Shown here: positions 19,634 to 28,017 of the stretch, in pieces
Layout: every line of letters begins with the position of its first letter
Numbering within the stretch: the first letter of the stretch is position 1
From: an uncultured Lachnospiraceae bacterium
Lineage (GTDB): Bacteria; Bacillota; Clostridia; Oscillospirales; CAG-272
Length of the DNA: 64,000 nucleotides
Assembly (NCBI GenBank): GCA_964403505.1
Contig: CAYOFP010000008.1
Location: 1,750-65,749, forward strand
Direction: 5' to 3'
The notes under the pieces: generated by a model
Database searches by the model: none
What the model was told of the DNA's origin: nothing
What the model saw: only the letters and a program-made list of their open reading frames with translations
Position numbers and translations under genes: made by a program

Positions 19634-21898
19634 CAGGAATATACCTTCACCTATGACTTGTTCGGTAACTGCACACAGACAAAGGTGGGTAGCCGCACGC
19701 TTATTACAAATACCTATGATAAATATACTACCCTGACTAAGTCCGAGTACGGGAACTTATATTCTATCGAGTATACATACGATGAGCTTGAGCGTATGAC
19801 CTCAAAGGACGGATCGTATTGGCTTGAGCAGTATGCTTATGACAAAAACGGTAAGATCTCGTGGATGAAGGCATCGTCTAATGTGTATAATGATGTCGTT
19901 CGCACGACTACCTATGAGTATGATACGCTCGGCAGACTGATCTACAGCTTAGAGGTAGATGAGTCAGGGAAGACACTGCGCTATGTCAAGAATAAATATA
20001 ATAATAAAAATCAGCTGACGGAATGCACGTTCTATGACGGCAGCGAGACCCAGATGCAGAGCTACACCTATAAGTCTGATGGTAGTATTGATACCTTTAC
20101 CGTTACAAACGGCGATAAGGTTGCCAATACCTATGATAGCCTGAAGAGGATCAGCCAAAAGACCGTCGACCATGACAGCAGCGGTGATACATATAGGATC
20201 ACGGTCGATACTGCGTATGTCAATAAGGGCAGCGAAAATCAGACGACCGGTCTGGTCAAGAGCGTGCGTTACGGATATGCGAATACTGACAAATCCTTCA
20301 CCTCCGGCAGTAAGGTTCGTGACTATATTTATATATATGAGTACGATAATATCGGGAATATCTCCCGTGCATATTATCGGACGGCAGGCTCTGACGGACA
20401 TTATACAGATCATGAGGTAGGCAGATATTTCTATGACGAGCAGAATCAGCTTGTCATGGAGAAGGTGTATGACGGCAATTATACACTATTATATGAATAT
20501 GATACCTACGGGAACATCCGCGAGGTGAGGAAGTATGACAGCACGGATTTTGAGTATCCGGGAGAAGCATTTTCGTACGGCACTCTCGTAAGTATCGAAA
20601 CTTACGGTTACACCGACAGTTCATGGAAAGACTTGCTGACATCATATAAAGGTCATTCGTTTGAATACGATGCGATCGGTAACCCGACGCAGTATTACAA
20701 CGGTGAAACCTATTATATGTCTTGGGATACCAGAAATTTGATTTATGTCTATGTAACCAATAATACTTCCTGTCAGTTTGATTACGATTCCAAAGGACAG
20801 CGGATCAGCAAAAAGATCGGTAATCAGACATACACCTATCTGTACCACGGCACAAAGCTGATGGAGTATAAGAAGAATAACGACTATGCGTTGAGTTTCT
20901 TCTACGATGATGACGATCAACCGCTCGGATTCTATTTTCGGAGTTCTCAAACGGGTGATCAGAATTCGGGGCGAGGAGCGAAGTACTACTATGTACGCAA
21001 CGCACAGGGCGATGTGGTACAGATCCGCAATTACCTAAACGAAGCTGTCGCAAACTATCACTATGACGCATGGGGAAAACTCCTGTCGATCACCGATGCG
21101 AACGGAAACAAACAGACATTTACAAATGACACATTTTCCGTTGATAACGCCTCGATAGCATACATAAACCCCATCCGCTACCGTGGATACGTTTATGACA
21201 ACGAGACGGGATTCTACTATCTCAACACAAGATACTACGACCCAAGCCTGAGACGGTTTATTAATGCTGACGGATATGTGAGCACTGGTCATGGTATTCT
21301 CGGTAATAATATGTTTGCTTACTGTAATAATAATCCGGTAATGTATAGTGATCCAAGTGGGAATTTGCCGGATGACAGATTGTTACAGAATGCTTTATCA
21401 TGCAAGTATGGTAATGGCAAGTTTTATATGCTTGGTTGTTATCATAATCATCATGATGGTCATGATAATCCCAACCCTAAAGAAGTAGTTAATATAACAA
21501 GAGAGTTAAACGATGCTATGGTAGAAAATTCATTAAGCTATATTCAAGAGACAAGTGGAACGGGAAATTATAATATATTATATGAATTTTATAATCGCGC
21601 TAAAGATTCAGGTGAGTGGGATTTGAAAGACCGTTGGGACTTATCTTCTGATAAAATATATGTTTATGGAACCAAAACACTGAGACATGATGATATAGGA
21701 AATATCCACTTTGGTTATATTTCAGCACAGGTATTTGATTCTAGTATTGCACATTTAGGAGCAGGTGCGAATCAGTTTTTTAAAGGAAATTATAAATTAA
21801 AGTGGATAAGTACTTGGTTTGATGATCCGCGTGATTATGAGATGATAGATTATGGGTATAAGTTGTTTCATACGTATGGATATAGTTTTCCCAACTGA
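19634..21898 (+). CDS. long orphan Rhs cassette 5 with Ntox44-like (predicted RNase) CT
   Basis: About 1.7 kb homologous to the main gene from about 8907. CT has WDLK..DDIGNIHFGY..GAG..Q..DDPRD, the Ntox44 GNxxxG/DxxxD pattern. ORF track 19658-21898. Confidence 0.85.
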   Translation, partial: QEYTFTYDLFGNCTQTKVGSRTLITNTYDKYTTLTKSEYGNLYSIEYTYDELERMTSKDGSYWLEQYAYDKNGKISWMKASSNVYNDVVRTTTYEYDTLGRLIYSLEVDESGKTLRYVKNKYNNKNQLTECTFYDGSETQMQSYTYKSDGSIDTFTVTNGDKVANTYDSLKRISQKTVDHDSSGDTYRITVDTAYVNKGSENQTTGLVKSVRYGYANTDKSFTSGSKVRDYIYIYEYDNIGNISRAYYRTAGSDGHYTDHEVGRYFYDEQNQLVMEKVYDGNYTLLYEYDTYGNIREVRKYDSTDFEYPGEAFSYGTLVSIETYGYTDSSWKDLLTSYKGHSFEYDAIGNPTQYYNGETYYMSWDTRNLIYVYVTNNTSCQFDYDSKGQRISKKIGNQTYTYLYHGTKLMEYKKNNDYALSFFYDDDDQPLGFYFRSSQTGDQNSGRGAKYYYVRNAQGDVVQIRNYLNEAVANYHYDAWGKLLSITDANGNKQTFTNDTFSVDNASIAYINPIRYRGYVYDNETGFYYLNTRYYDPSLRRFINADGYVSTGHGILGNNMFAYCNNNPVMYSDPSGNLPDDRLLQNALSCKYGNGKFYMLGCYHNHHDGHDNPNPKEVVNITRELNDAMVENSLSYIQETSGTGNYNILYEFYNRAKDSGEWDLKDRWDLSSDKIYVYGTKTLRHDDIGNIHFGYISAQVFDSSIAHLGAGANQFFKGNYKLKWISTWFDDPRDYEMIDYGYKLFHTYGYSFPN

Positions 21899-21911
21899 TA
21901 TAGAAAGGTGT

Positions 21912-22370
21912 ATGAGTGTATTTATGGATAAGGAATATATTGTATGTAAAAGAAAAACAATTAAAAAAACGTTAAGTATTGTTTTTATTATGATATTATT
22001 AATATTGATAATAGTACCACTTAACATAATTGCCTGGTGGACATTTGATATATCTCATTCAATTCCCGATGAAGTTTTTTTGGAATCTTATTACTCTGAT
22101 GATAACTATTACGAGTTTATACTGTATTATATTCCCGGAGGTTCAACAGTCGGTGATACGTACAGAGGAGTGGTGAAGTACGGCAAAAAAACGAGAGGAA
22201 TATATTTTAATGATGATGAACATCATTCAGATAAAATATATTGGGTCGATAACCGTCACATATGCATTGGTGATATTGTTTTGGACGTTGAAAATGATCG
22301 CTATGATTTTCGGCATAACCGAATTACTGCTACGACGGCAGTCGGATATTTGCAGAGGGCGAAGCACTAA
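21912..22370 (+). CDS. putative immunity protein for cassette 5, DUF5412-like
   Basis: N-terminal TM; GGSTVGDTYRG..IYF..IYWVDNRHICI..LDVENDRYDFR pattern. Confidence 0.6.
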   Translation: MSVFMDKEYIVCKRKTIKKTLSIVFIMILLILIIVPLNIIAWWTFDISHSIPDEVFLESYYSDDNYYEFILYYIPGGSTVGDTYRGVVKYGKKTRGIYFNDDEHHSDKIYWVDNRHICIGDIVLDVENDRYDFRHNRITATTAVGYLQRAKH

Positions 22371-22439
22371 GACGTATCTTCTGTGCCACTACGACGAGAG
22401 TGGTAGCATATACGCTACTGCCAAAACGCCGAGATCGTC

Positions 22440-23239
22440 AATTACCGCTATGACGCATGGGGCAAGCTACTGTCGATTACCGATGCCGACGGAGATGCAA
22501 TTACAAATAAACTCAGCATTGCATTAAAAAACCCCATCCGCTACCGTGGATACGTCTATGACAACGAGACAGGCTTCTACTACCTCAACACAAGATACTA
22601 CGACCCGAGCTTGAGACGGTTTATTAGTGAGGATAAGTATATTTCTATAGGTCAGGGCTTATTAGGATATAATATGTTTGCATATTGCAATAATAATCCG
22701 GTAAATGGCTATGATCCTTTGGGCAATTGTTATCATAAAGCACCTTATGACCAGTATTATAACTTTTTATGCAGTACATGTTCAAATTTGAAACAAGGCG
22801 GAACTAATATGTCCTCATGGAATTCTGGTCAAAGCATCTATGAAGCATCTACAAAAACAATAAAGTCATCTACTACAGAGTCTATAGTAACAGCAAAATT
22901 GCCTACTACAGGAGATCCCAACTCAAAGAGTATTGAATATAATCCTGATGGAACTCCTAAAAGATATCGTTGGTACGATTCCGAGGGTAATGTAGAAAGA
23001 GATAGAGATTTCAACCATTCCGGGAATGTGCCATTTCCCCATGATCATGAATGGAAGGATGGGAAGCGTGGAAAAGATCATCTTGAGCCATACCAGAATA
23101 TACTAGTTCATATAATATTGACTGGGCTCAGATCGGTGTTGTAGTTGGGGGAGGATTTCTTCTAGTAGAAGGAATATATATATTTGTTATGACGGGCGAT
23201 TCAACTGCAATTAATGAAGCAATTGAATGTTTTCCGTAA
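22440..23239 (+). pseudogene. orphan Rhs cassette 6 with Ntox24-like His-rich CT; probable frameshift near 23091
   Basis: YDAWGK..PIRYRGY..NPVNGYDPLG core; CT LPTTGDPNS..RWYDSEG..RDFNHSG..PHDHEW. An alternative frame continues with a hydrophobic tail to TAA 23237-23239, next to the following RBS. Confidence 0.7.
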
Positions 23240-23254
23240 AGGAGAGAATAGAAT

Positions 23255-23689
23255 ATGTGGAATCAGATTAGAAATGAAAATGATATACAGGAGTTTATGA
23301 ATACACATTATTGTTTTCATGATAGTTGTATAAAGGAATTAAAATATTTAAGTGGAGCATATATCAAAGATAAATGGATGCATCCGATTAATGATAAGAG
23401 AATTTTGAGGATAATTATCCATGGGCAATATGATGAACATTCCGTTATTGAGATGGAATTTGGAGGTCTTAAACGCTTAAATTTATCACCTGATGATGAA
23501 AAATACAGCTGTGATATTTTTGGCGTAACAATGCTGATGAAAGATGATTTGATTTATTGGTGTGATGATGATAATTTAACGATAGACAATATTGACGATT
23601 ATAGAGGAACATTGATATGCGCTTCAGTGTTAAAGTGGAGGTATGTGGATGAATATATAGGAGATGATGAGATTTATATAAGAGCATAG
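23255..23689 (+). CDS. putative soluble immunity protein for cassette 6
   Basis: AAGGAG RBS; acidic; FHDSCIKEL motif. Confidence 0.65.
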   Translation: MWNQIRNENDIQEFMNTHYCFHDSCIKELKYLSGAYIKDKWMHPINDKRILRIIIHGQYDEHSVIEMEFGGLKRLNLSPDDEKYSCDIFGVTMLMKDDLIYWCDDDNLTIDNIDDYRGTLICASVLKWRYVDEYIGDDEIYIRA

Positions 23690-23759
23690 TTTAAGCCAAT
23701 ACTCTAAACATAAAATGGTGTAGCGTGTCAGAAAGAAGATCGATCGGTAACGACGAAAT

Positions 23760-24004
23760 ACCTATCTGTACTACGGCACAAAGCTGATGGAGTATAGGAA
23801 GAATAACGACTATGAGTTGAATTTCTACTACGATGACAACGATCAGCCGCTCGGATTCTATTTTCAGAATTTTCAAACGGGTGCTTTGAATTCGGGGCGT
23901 GGAGCGAAGTACTACTATGTGCGCAACGCACAGGGTGATGTGGTACAGATTCGCAATTCTCAAAACGAAGCTGTCGCAAACTACCGCTACGATGCATGGG
24001 GAAA
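23760..24004 (+). pseudogene. truncated orphan Rhs-core fragment 7 (no CT)
   Basis: YLYYGTKLMEY..RNAQGDVVQIR..YDAWG, after which homology stops. Confidence 0.75.
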
Positions 24005-24126
24005 CGGACATGCGGATTTCTATTTATATCCAAGGGCAGAAGGGCAGATTCCATGAGGCGTCCTGACATAATCATACAAAGGTATCCTCAACAATTATCT
24101 CCATAGTCAATTTTATAGATAACATG

Positions 24127-24182
24127 AAATATACCGAAAAACATCGCTGTGGGATACCACGGCGATGCTTTTCGGTATATTT
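24127..24182. terminator. long hairpin, probable bidirectional terminator between the Rhs array and the radical SAM operon
   Basis: aaatataccgaaaaacatcgctgtgg-gata-ccacggcgatgcttttcggtatattt. Confidence 0.7.
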
Positions 24183-24190
24183 ACTCTGTA

Positions 24191-25216
24191 TCAATAACGG
24201 TCGATAAGCTGTTTTATGTCGTATCCGAGCAGCTGCAGTTTTCTGAAGTCGCATTCACCGTCGTCGGCGGTCGGATCCTGATTTTTCATCAGTGCAAGCG
24301 CCATACAGCCTTTACGGCATTGCACACGCACTAAACATTTGTGACATTTGGCGTCGTGCGCTTCTCTCTTCCGGGCGAGCTCGGCAAGTTTCAGATGATT
24401 CTGTGCTATGACGGATGTCGGATCCGAGAGCAGGTTGCCGAGCGCATAAGTATTGTCATATAAGATCTGACAAGGCAGCATCATCCCGTCGCTTTTGACC
24501 AGCACGGATAACGGCTGATCGGGATCGGAAAAAGGACATTGACTGGTGCAGAGGGGAAGGGAGACCGATATATTATACTCTTGATTCAGCCTGTCCAGGG
24601 TGCGAAGTACGGATAATTTCTGCTGCGCTGTCAATTCGAGAGAATCCCATGCGTCAGTGGCGTTTCCCATACCGTTGATGAACGAATAATCGGGCATACA
24701 TCCGAGAGATCGGGCAAAGCGATAATACGCTTCAACATCGTGCAGGTTGTTTTGCGATATGACCATCTTCAAAATCGGCGGATTGTCCGGGCAATTTAAT
24801 TGCGAGAGAAAATTCACCGCTTTGTCAAAATTGCCGTGTCCTCTTGTCTGAGTATTGATTTCATCGCACGAACCGTCGAGGCTCACTTGCAGCGTCAGTT
24901 TGGGATGAGAGTGATATGCTTCTCTAAGCGCCTCACAATTCGTCGTGCCGTTGGTGACAATGCCGACCCCTAAATCCGACGCCAGCAGATAATTTAAAAT
25001 CTGCTCAAACTCGGTATGTAGTGTCGGTTCACCGCCCGAAAGCAGGATGCGGTTGCAGCCGAAATCATGTACGAGCCGTTCTACGATCTGCACAAAGTTA
25101 GAAAAAGACAGCTCCTGTCGGGCGTGATTCTTCCCCGAACGGTTGTAGCAGGTACGGCAGTCAAGATTGCAGATATTGGTGATCTCGATATAAGCAGAGG
25201 AAATATTCACAGACAA
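24191..25216 (-). CDS. radical SAM/SPASM-domain peptide or protein maturase
   Basis: CNLDCRTC (CxxxCxxC), LSGGEPTL, VSLDG; SPASM cysteines PC..CHKCLVRVQCRKGC..EC. Confidence 0.9.
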   Translation of the reverse strand: MSVNISSAYIEITNICNLDCRTCYNRSGKNHARQELSFSNFVQIVERLVHDFGCNRILLSGGEPTLHTEFEQILNYLLASDLGVGIVTNGTTNCEALREAYHSHPKLTLQVSLDGSCDEINTQTRGHGNFDKAVNFLSQLNCPDNPPILKMVISQNNLHDVEAYYRFARSLGCMPDYSFINGMGNATDAWDSLELTAQQKLSVLRTLDRLNQEYNISVSLPLCTSQCPFSDPDQPLSVLVKSDGMMLPCQILYDNTYALGNLLSDPTSVIAQNHLKLAELARKREAHDAKCHKCLVRVQCRKGCMALALMKNQDPTADDGECDFRKLQLLGYDIKQLIDRY

Positions 25217-25470
25217 ACGACCACCTTTTTGGCGAGCAATTCATCGAGGAATTGATCCACGCCCTCGCTGATTTCTTCGGGGGAGGCTTCGTATAGCTCG
25301 CAAAGCTGACGGAGCAGCTCCTCCTTTGTTTTTTGGGTTTCTAACAATTCCACGATCGTTTTTCCGGTTTCGTTGATATAATGCGTGTCTCCGCCGTTCT
25401 CATCGTAAACGACGAGACTGTTCTCGTCTATTTCGAGAAATTCCATATTGTGGTTTCGGATATAAGTCAT
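25207..25470 (-). CDS. PqqD-family RiPP recognition element
   Basis: 87 aa; THYINETGKTIVELL..L.ELYE..EEISEGVDQFLDELLAKKVV matches the PqqD pattern; overlaps the rSAM gene. Confidence 0.85.
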   Translation of the reverse strand: MTYIRNHNMEFLEIDENSLVVYDENGGDTHYINETGKTIVELLETQKTKEELLRQLCELYEASPEEISEGVDQFLDELLAKKVVVCL

Positions 25471-25919
25471 GATAATACCTCCAAGTATTTTTTATAGTAA
25501 GCTTGATATTCTTCTGTTTGTTTCGTTTTTCCGATATCGTGATCACATTCCCTGAAAATACAGTTGATGTGATAGGAATCACGGACAAATTCGGCAGTGT
25601 GATGAGGGTCGTCCTCTAACAATACAGCGCCGATGATCTGATCGAATCCGATCTCTTCCAGCTCATAGCAGTTGTCGCCTTTGCAGAAATACCGATCGCC
25701 CTGTATTTTCAAAAGACGGTGGACGATCAGCCGGTCCTGCGGATAGATAAAGACTAAGATATCGCCGATATCATAAGCATCTTTTCGGCAGATCGATATG
25801 CTCTCACCCTCACGAATGAGCGGAAACATGCTCGTCCCGGCAACGGTAAGCGAGAACGGCTTTTTTATTTTTGCCCGTAGTTTCAGGCACTCGAGCGCCT
25901 CTTTCATGGACCCGATCAT
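25467..25919 (-). CDS. S24/S26-family peptidase (soluble, Ser/His type)
   Basis: GTSMFPLI..GDILVF..IVHRL..KGDN; no TM anchor. Confidence 0.8.
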   Translation of the reverse strand: MIGSMKEALECLKLRAKIKKPFSLTVAGTSMFPLIREGESISICRKDAYDIGDILVFIYPQDRLIVHRLLKIQGDRYFCKGDNCYELEEIGFDQIIGAVLLEDDPHHTAEFVRDSYHINCIFRECDHDIGKTKQTEEYQAYYKKYLEVLS

Positions 25920-26710
25920 TTTATGTCACCTCGTAATAGATCAGCCACATAGCGCATATCCGAGTAAACGAGCCGCTTGCATTTTGATGCTAACTTAATT
26001 GCACATTGCAGCCGCTTTATATCTGCCGCTCGTGGCGATAAAAGCCCCGCCATCAGCAGTTTTACCGCTTCGCTTTTTTCGATGGGAGAGCAGCTGTTTT
26101 CCGTTTCGCTTCTTTCAATGAAAAAGATATGACCGATCGGAAGATGCGCTGACGCAGTGCGCCCGGGGGTGTAAACTATTCTGTCTATTCTTTCGGTCTT
26201 CATTGCGGCGCCGTCGATCGGACAGCCGTATTGCCCGAGGATCGGCAGACTCTCGGGGCGGAGATGGATCGGCGTAATATCGGGCACAACAAAAAGGGTA
26301 TCCGTATCAATCAGGCTATGGTCATCATTGATATAGGGATACCCGGATTGCGTCAGATACGCAATGAGTGTTGTTTTTCCGACATGAGTAGACGCAAGGA
26401 AAAGACACGCCGTGCCGGATGCTTCGATCGCACCGCCGTGGAGCGGAAACAGGTTGGAGCAGTAGACCGCCTCATCAAACATCAGATTCAAAACGGCCTG
26501 AATGGGCGAGTCGGTGGTTACCGTCTGCCCGTTGCAACGGACAAGAAAAGAGGCACCGCACGAGGTTACCTCGATTAAGGTGCCGTCGATTCCGTTACCG
26601 TCGCAAACATTACCGTTCTGTGAGCTCACAAAAAATTCTGTGATACGCTCATCGTCGCAGGTAATGAAAAACGGTTTTGCCCATCCGGTTCGGCGAATGC
26701 AAACGGTCAT
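25916..26710 (-). CDS. HprK-related P-loop kinase
   Basis: LHGGAI..CLFLASTHVGKTTL..GYPYINDD. Confidence 0.75.
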   Translation of the reverse strand: MTVCIRRTGWAKPFFITCDDERITEFFVSSQNGNVCDGNGIDGTLIEVTSCGASFLVRCNGQTVTTDSPIQAVLNLMFDEAVYCSNLFPLHGGAIEASGTACLFLASTHVGKTTLIAYLTQSGYPYINDDHSLIDTDTLFVVPDITPIHLRPESLPILGQYGCPIDGAAMKTERIDRIVYTPGRTASAHLPIGHIFFIERSETENSCSPIEKSEAVKLLMAGLLSPRAADIKRLQCAIKLASKCKRLVYSDMRYVADLLRGDIK

Positions 26711-26802
26711 AAATTTATCTCATGAAGCTTGTACATAAACCAATACGTTGTGAGCAAGCCGAAACTGTGATTAAAGAACTCAATTCCTGAAAAGAGATAG
26801 TT

Positions 26803-27882
26803 TTAACCGATGGTTTTGTCCACTTTGTTTGCTGTTTGTTCATTTGATAGCTCTCCTATTCTATTATTCATTATTTTAAATGCATTTTTGAGCAGGTGAT
26901 CATTCAGCCGATAAAAAATCTTGAGTCCGCTCTTTTTAGAAATGAATACTGCTCCGCTTCCATAGAGTATTTCTATATGTCGAAGTACGGTCGTAAGCGG
27001 CGTATTGATTATTCTTGCAATGGCAGATGCGGTCATCTCGTGCTGTTCGGCTAACACTTGCAAAATAGTTAAACGTGTATCGTTTCCGACTGCAATCAAT
27101 AGTTGGCGCACATCGATATTTTTTTCATTAAGGCGAAAACTGAGGTCCTCCTCGTAATGGATGCCGAGAAGAAGACCGTGAAAGTCCTCTGATATGATTA
27201 AAAGCGCTATGTATTGATTCAGAAATGCAATGGTACAGTTATATTCATCAGTTTGGTGGCTAATATCTGTTCCTAATACTTTAGAGTATAACTTCAGATT
27301 TCGCTCGGAATGAATCTCTTTATATGCGTCGTCAAGCATAGCTACATATTTGTGATGGAGACGGTCGACTGCTTGAAAAATTAAAACCAACTGTTCGGTC
27401 AGCAATGAGAGTGCATAATTGAAATTACCGAATAATAGCGATATTTGCAGTTTGAAATCTTCTGAGTAGTTGGATTCATTCAATGTCCGGATAAAAGATT
27501 CCGGTGCAGGAAGCGGTGTAACGGTTTCTTCTACTATGTCAGAAACTTCGGGGAATAATGTAGAAAGCGTTTTTGAATAAATGAAATCCGAGTGCTCGGT
27601 TATTTTTTGCAGAAATGTATGGATCGTATCATTTTGATAATCAATATAATTTTTGAAGAAAGCAATCATTACGGTCGGTGTCTGATTCTGATATAAGAAT
27701 AACGGCTTCAGAATCGGCGGCAGAGAAGGCACGGATTCATTGACCTCCTGATAGCATTTATCCATAAAAGAAGTATCTTCAAAGCGGTTGGTTATTGTAT
27801 CCTTGACCGCTTGCTCATTAAAATACTCAATGCAAAAAAATAAGGTGTCATATATTTTCCCGATTTCTGATTGATATTTCAT
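26803..27882 (-). CDS. transcriptional regulator with C-terminal ArsR-type wHTH
   Basis: AVGNDTRLTILQVL..MTASAIA..TTVLRHIEIL..KIFYRLN. GGAG spacing favours ATG 27882 (the ORF track start is 27891). Confidence 0.75.
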   Translation of the reverse strand: MKYQSEIGKIYDTLFFCIEYFNEQAVKDTITNRFEDTSFMDKCYQEVNESVPSLPPILKPLFLYQNQTPTVMIAFFKNYIDYQNDTIHTFLQKITEHSDFIYSKTLSTLFPEVSDIVEETVTPLPAPESFIRTLNESNYSEDFKLQISLLFGNFNYALSLLTEQLVLIFQAVDRLHHKYVAMLDDAYKEIHSERNLKLYSKVLGTDISHQTDEYNCTIAFLNQYIALLIISEDFHGLLLGIHYEEDLSFRLNEKNIDVRQLLIAVGNDTRLTILQVLAEQHEMTASAIARIINTPLTTVLRHIEILYGSGAVFISKKSGLKIFYRLNDHLLKNAFKIMNNRIGELSNEQTANKVDKTIG

Positions 27883-27982
27883 TAAAACCATTCTCCGTTT
27901 TTGTTATTTGTCGATTTAACTCTTATTTTGTCATATTATATCATATTATGGAGCAATTTGCAATATAATTGTGCAAAAAATA

Positions 27983-28011
27983 TTTACAATATCAAAATTA
28001 TGGTGTATCAT
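27983..28011 (+). promoter_or_regulatory. sigma-A-like promoter; likely leaderless transcript
   Basis: TTTACA, 17-bp spacer, TATCAT; ATG 28018 begins 7 nt after the -10 box with no RBS. Confidence 0.5.
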
Positions 28012-28017
28012 ATATAT

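Noticed and set aside
10109-24004. Rhs core repeats as a CRISPR array or DGR template/variable repeats
   Set aside because: Repeats are long coding segments; no cas or reverse transcriptase gene; differences are not adenine-specific.
24056-24334. short ORFs as RiPP precursor for the rSAM cluster
   Set aside because: They overlap the terminator hairpin or the rSAM gene, lack an RBS and show no leader/core pattern.
25467-25919. S26 peptidase as the SipW for the 52179-55706 protein
   Set aside because: It lacks TM anchors, is coupled to PqqD and lies 26 kb away.
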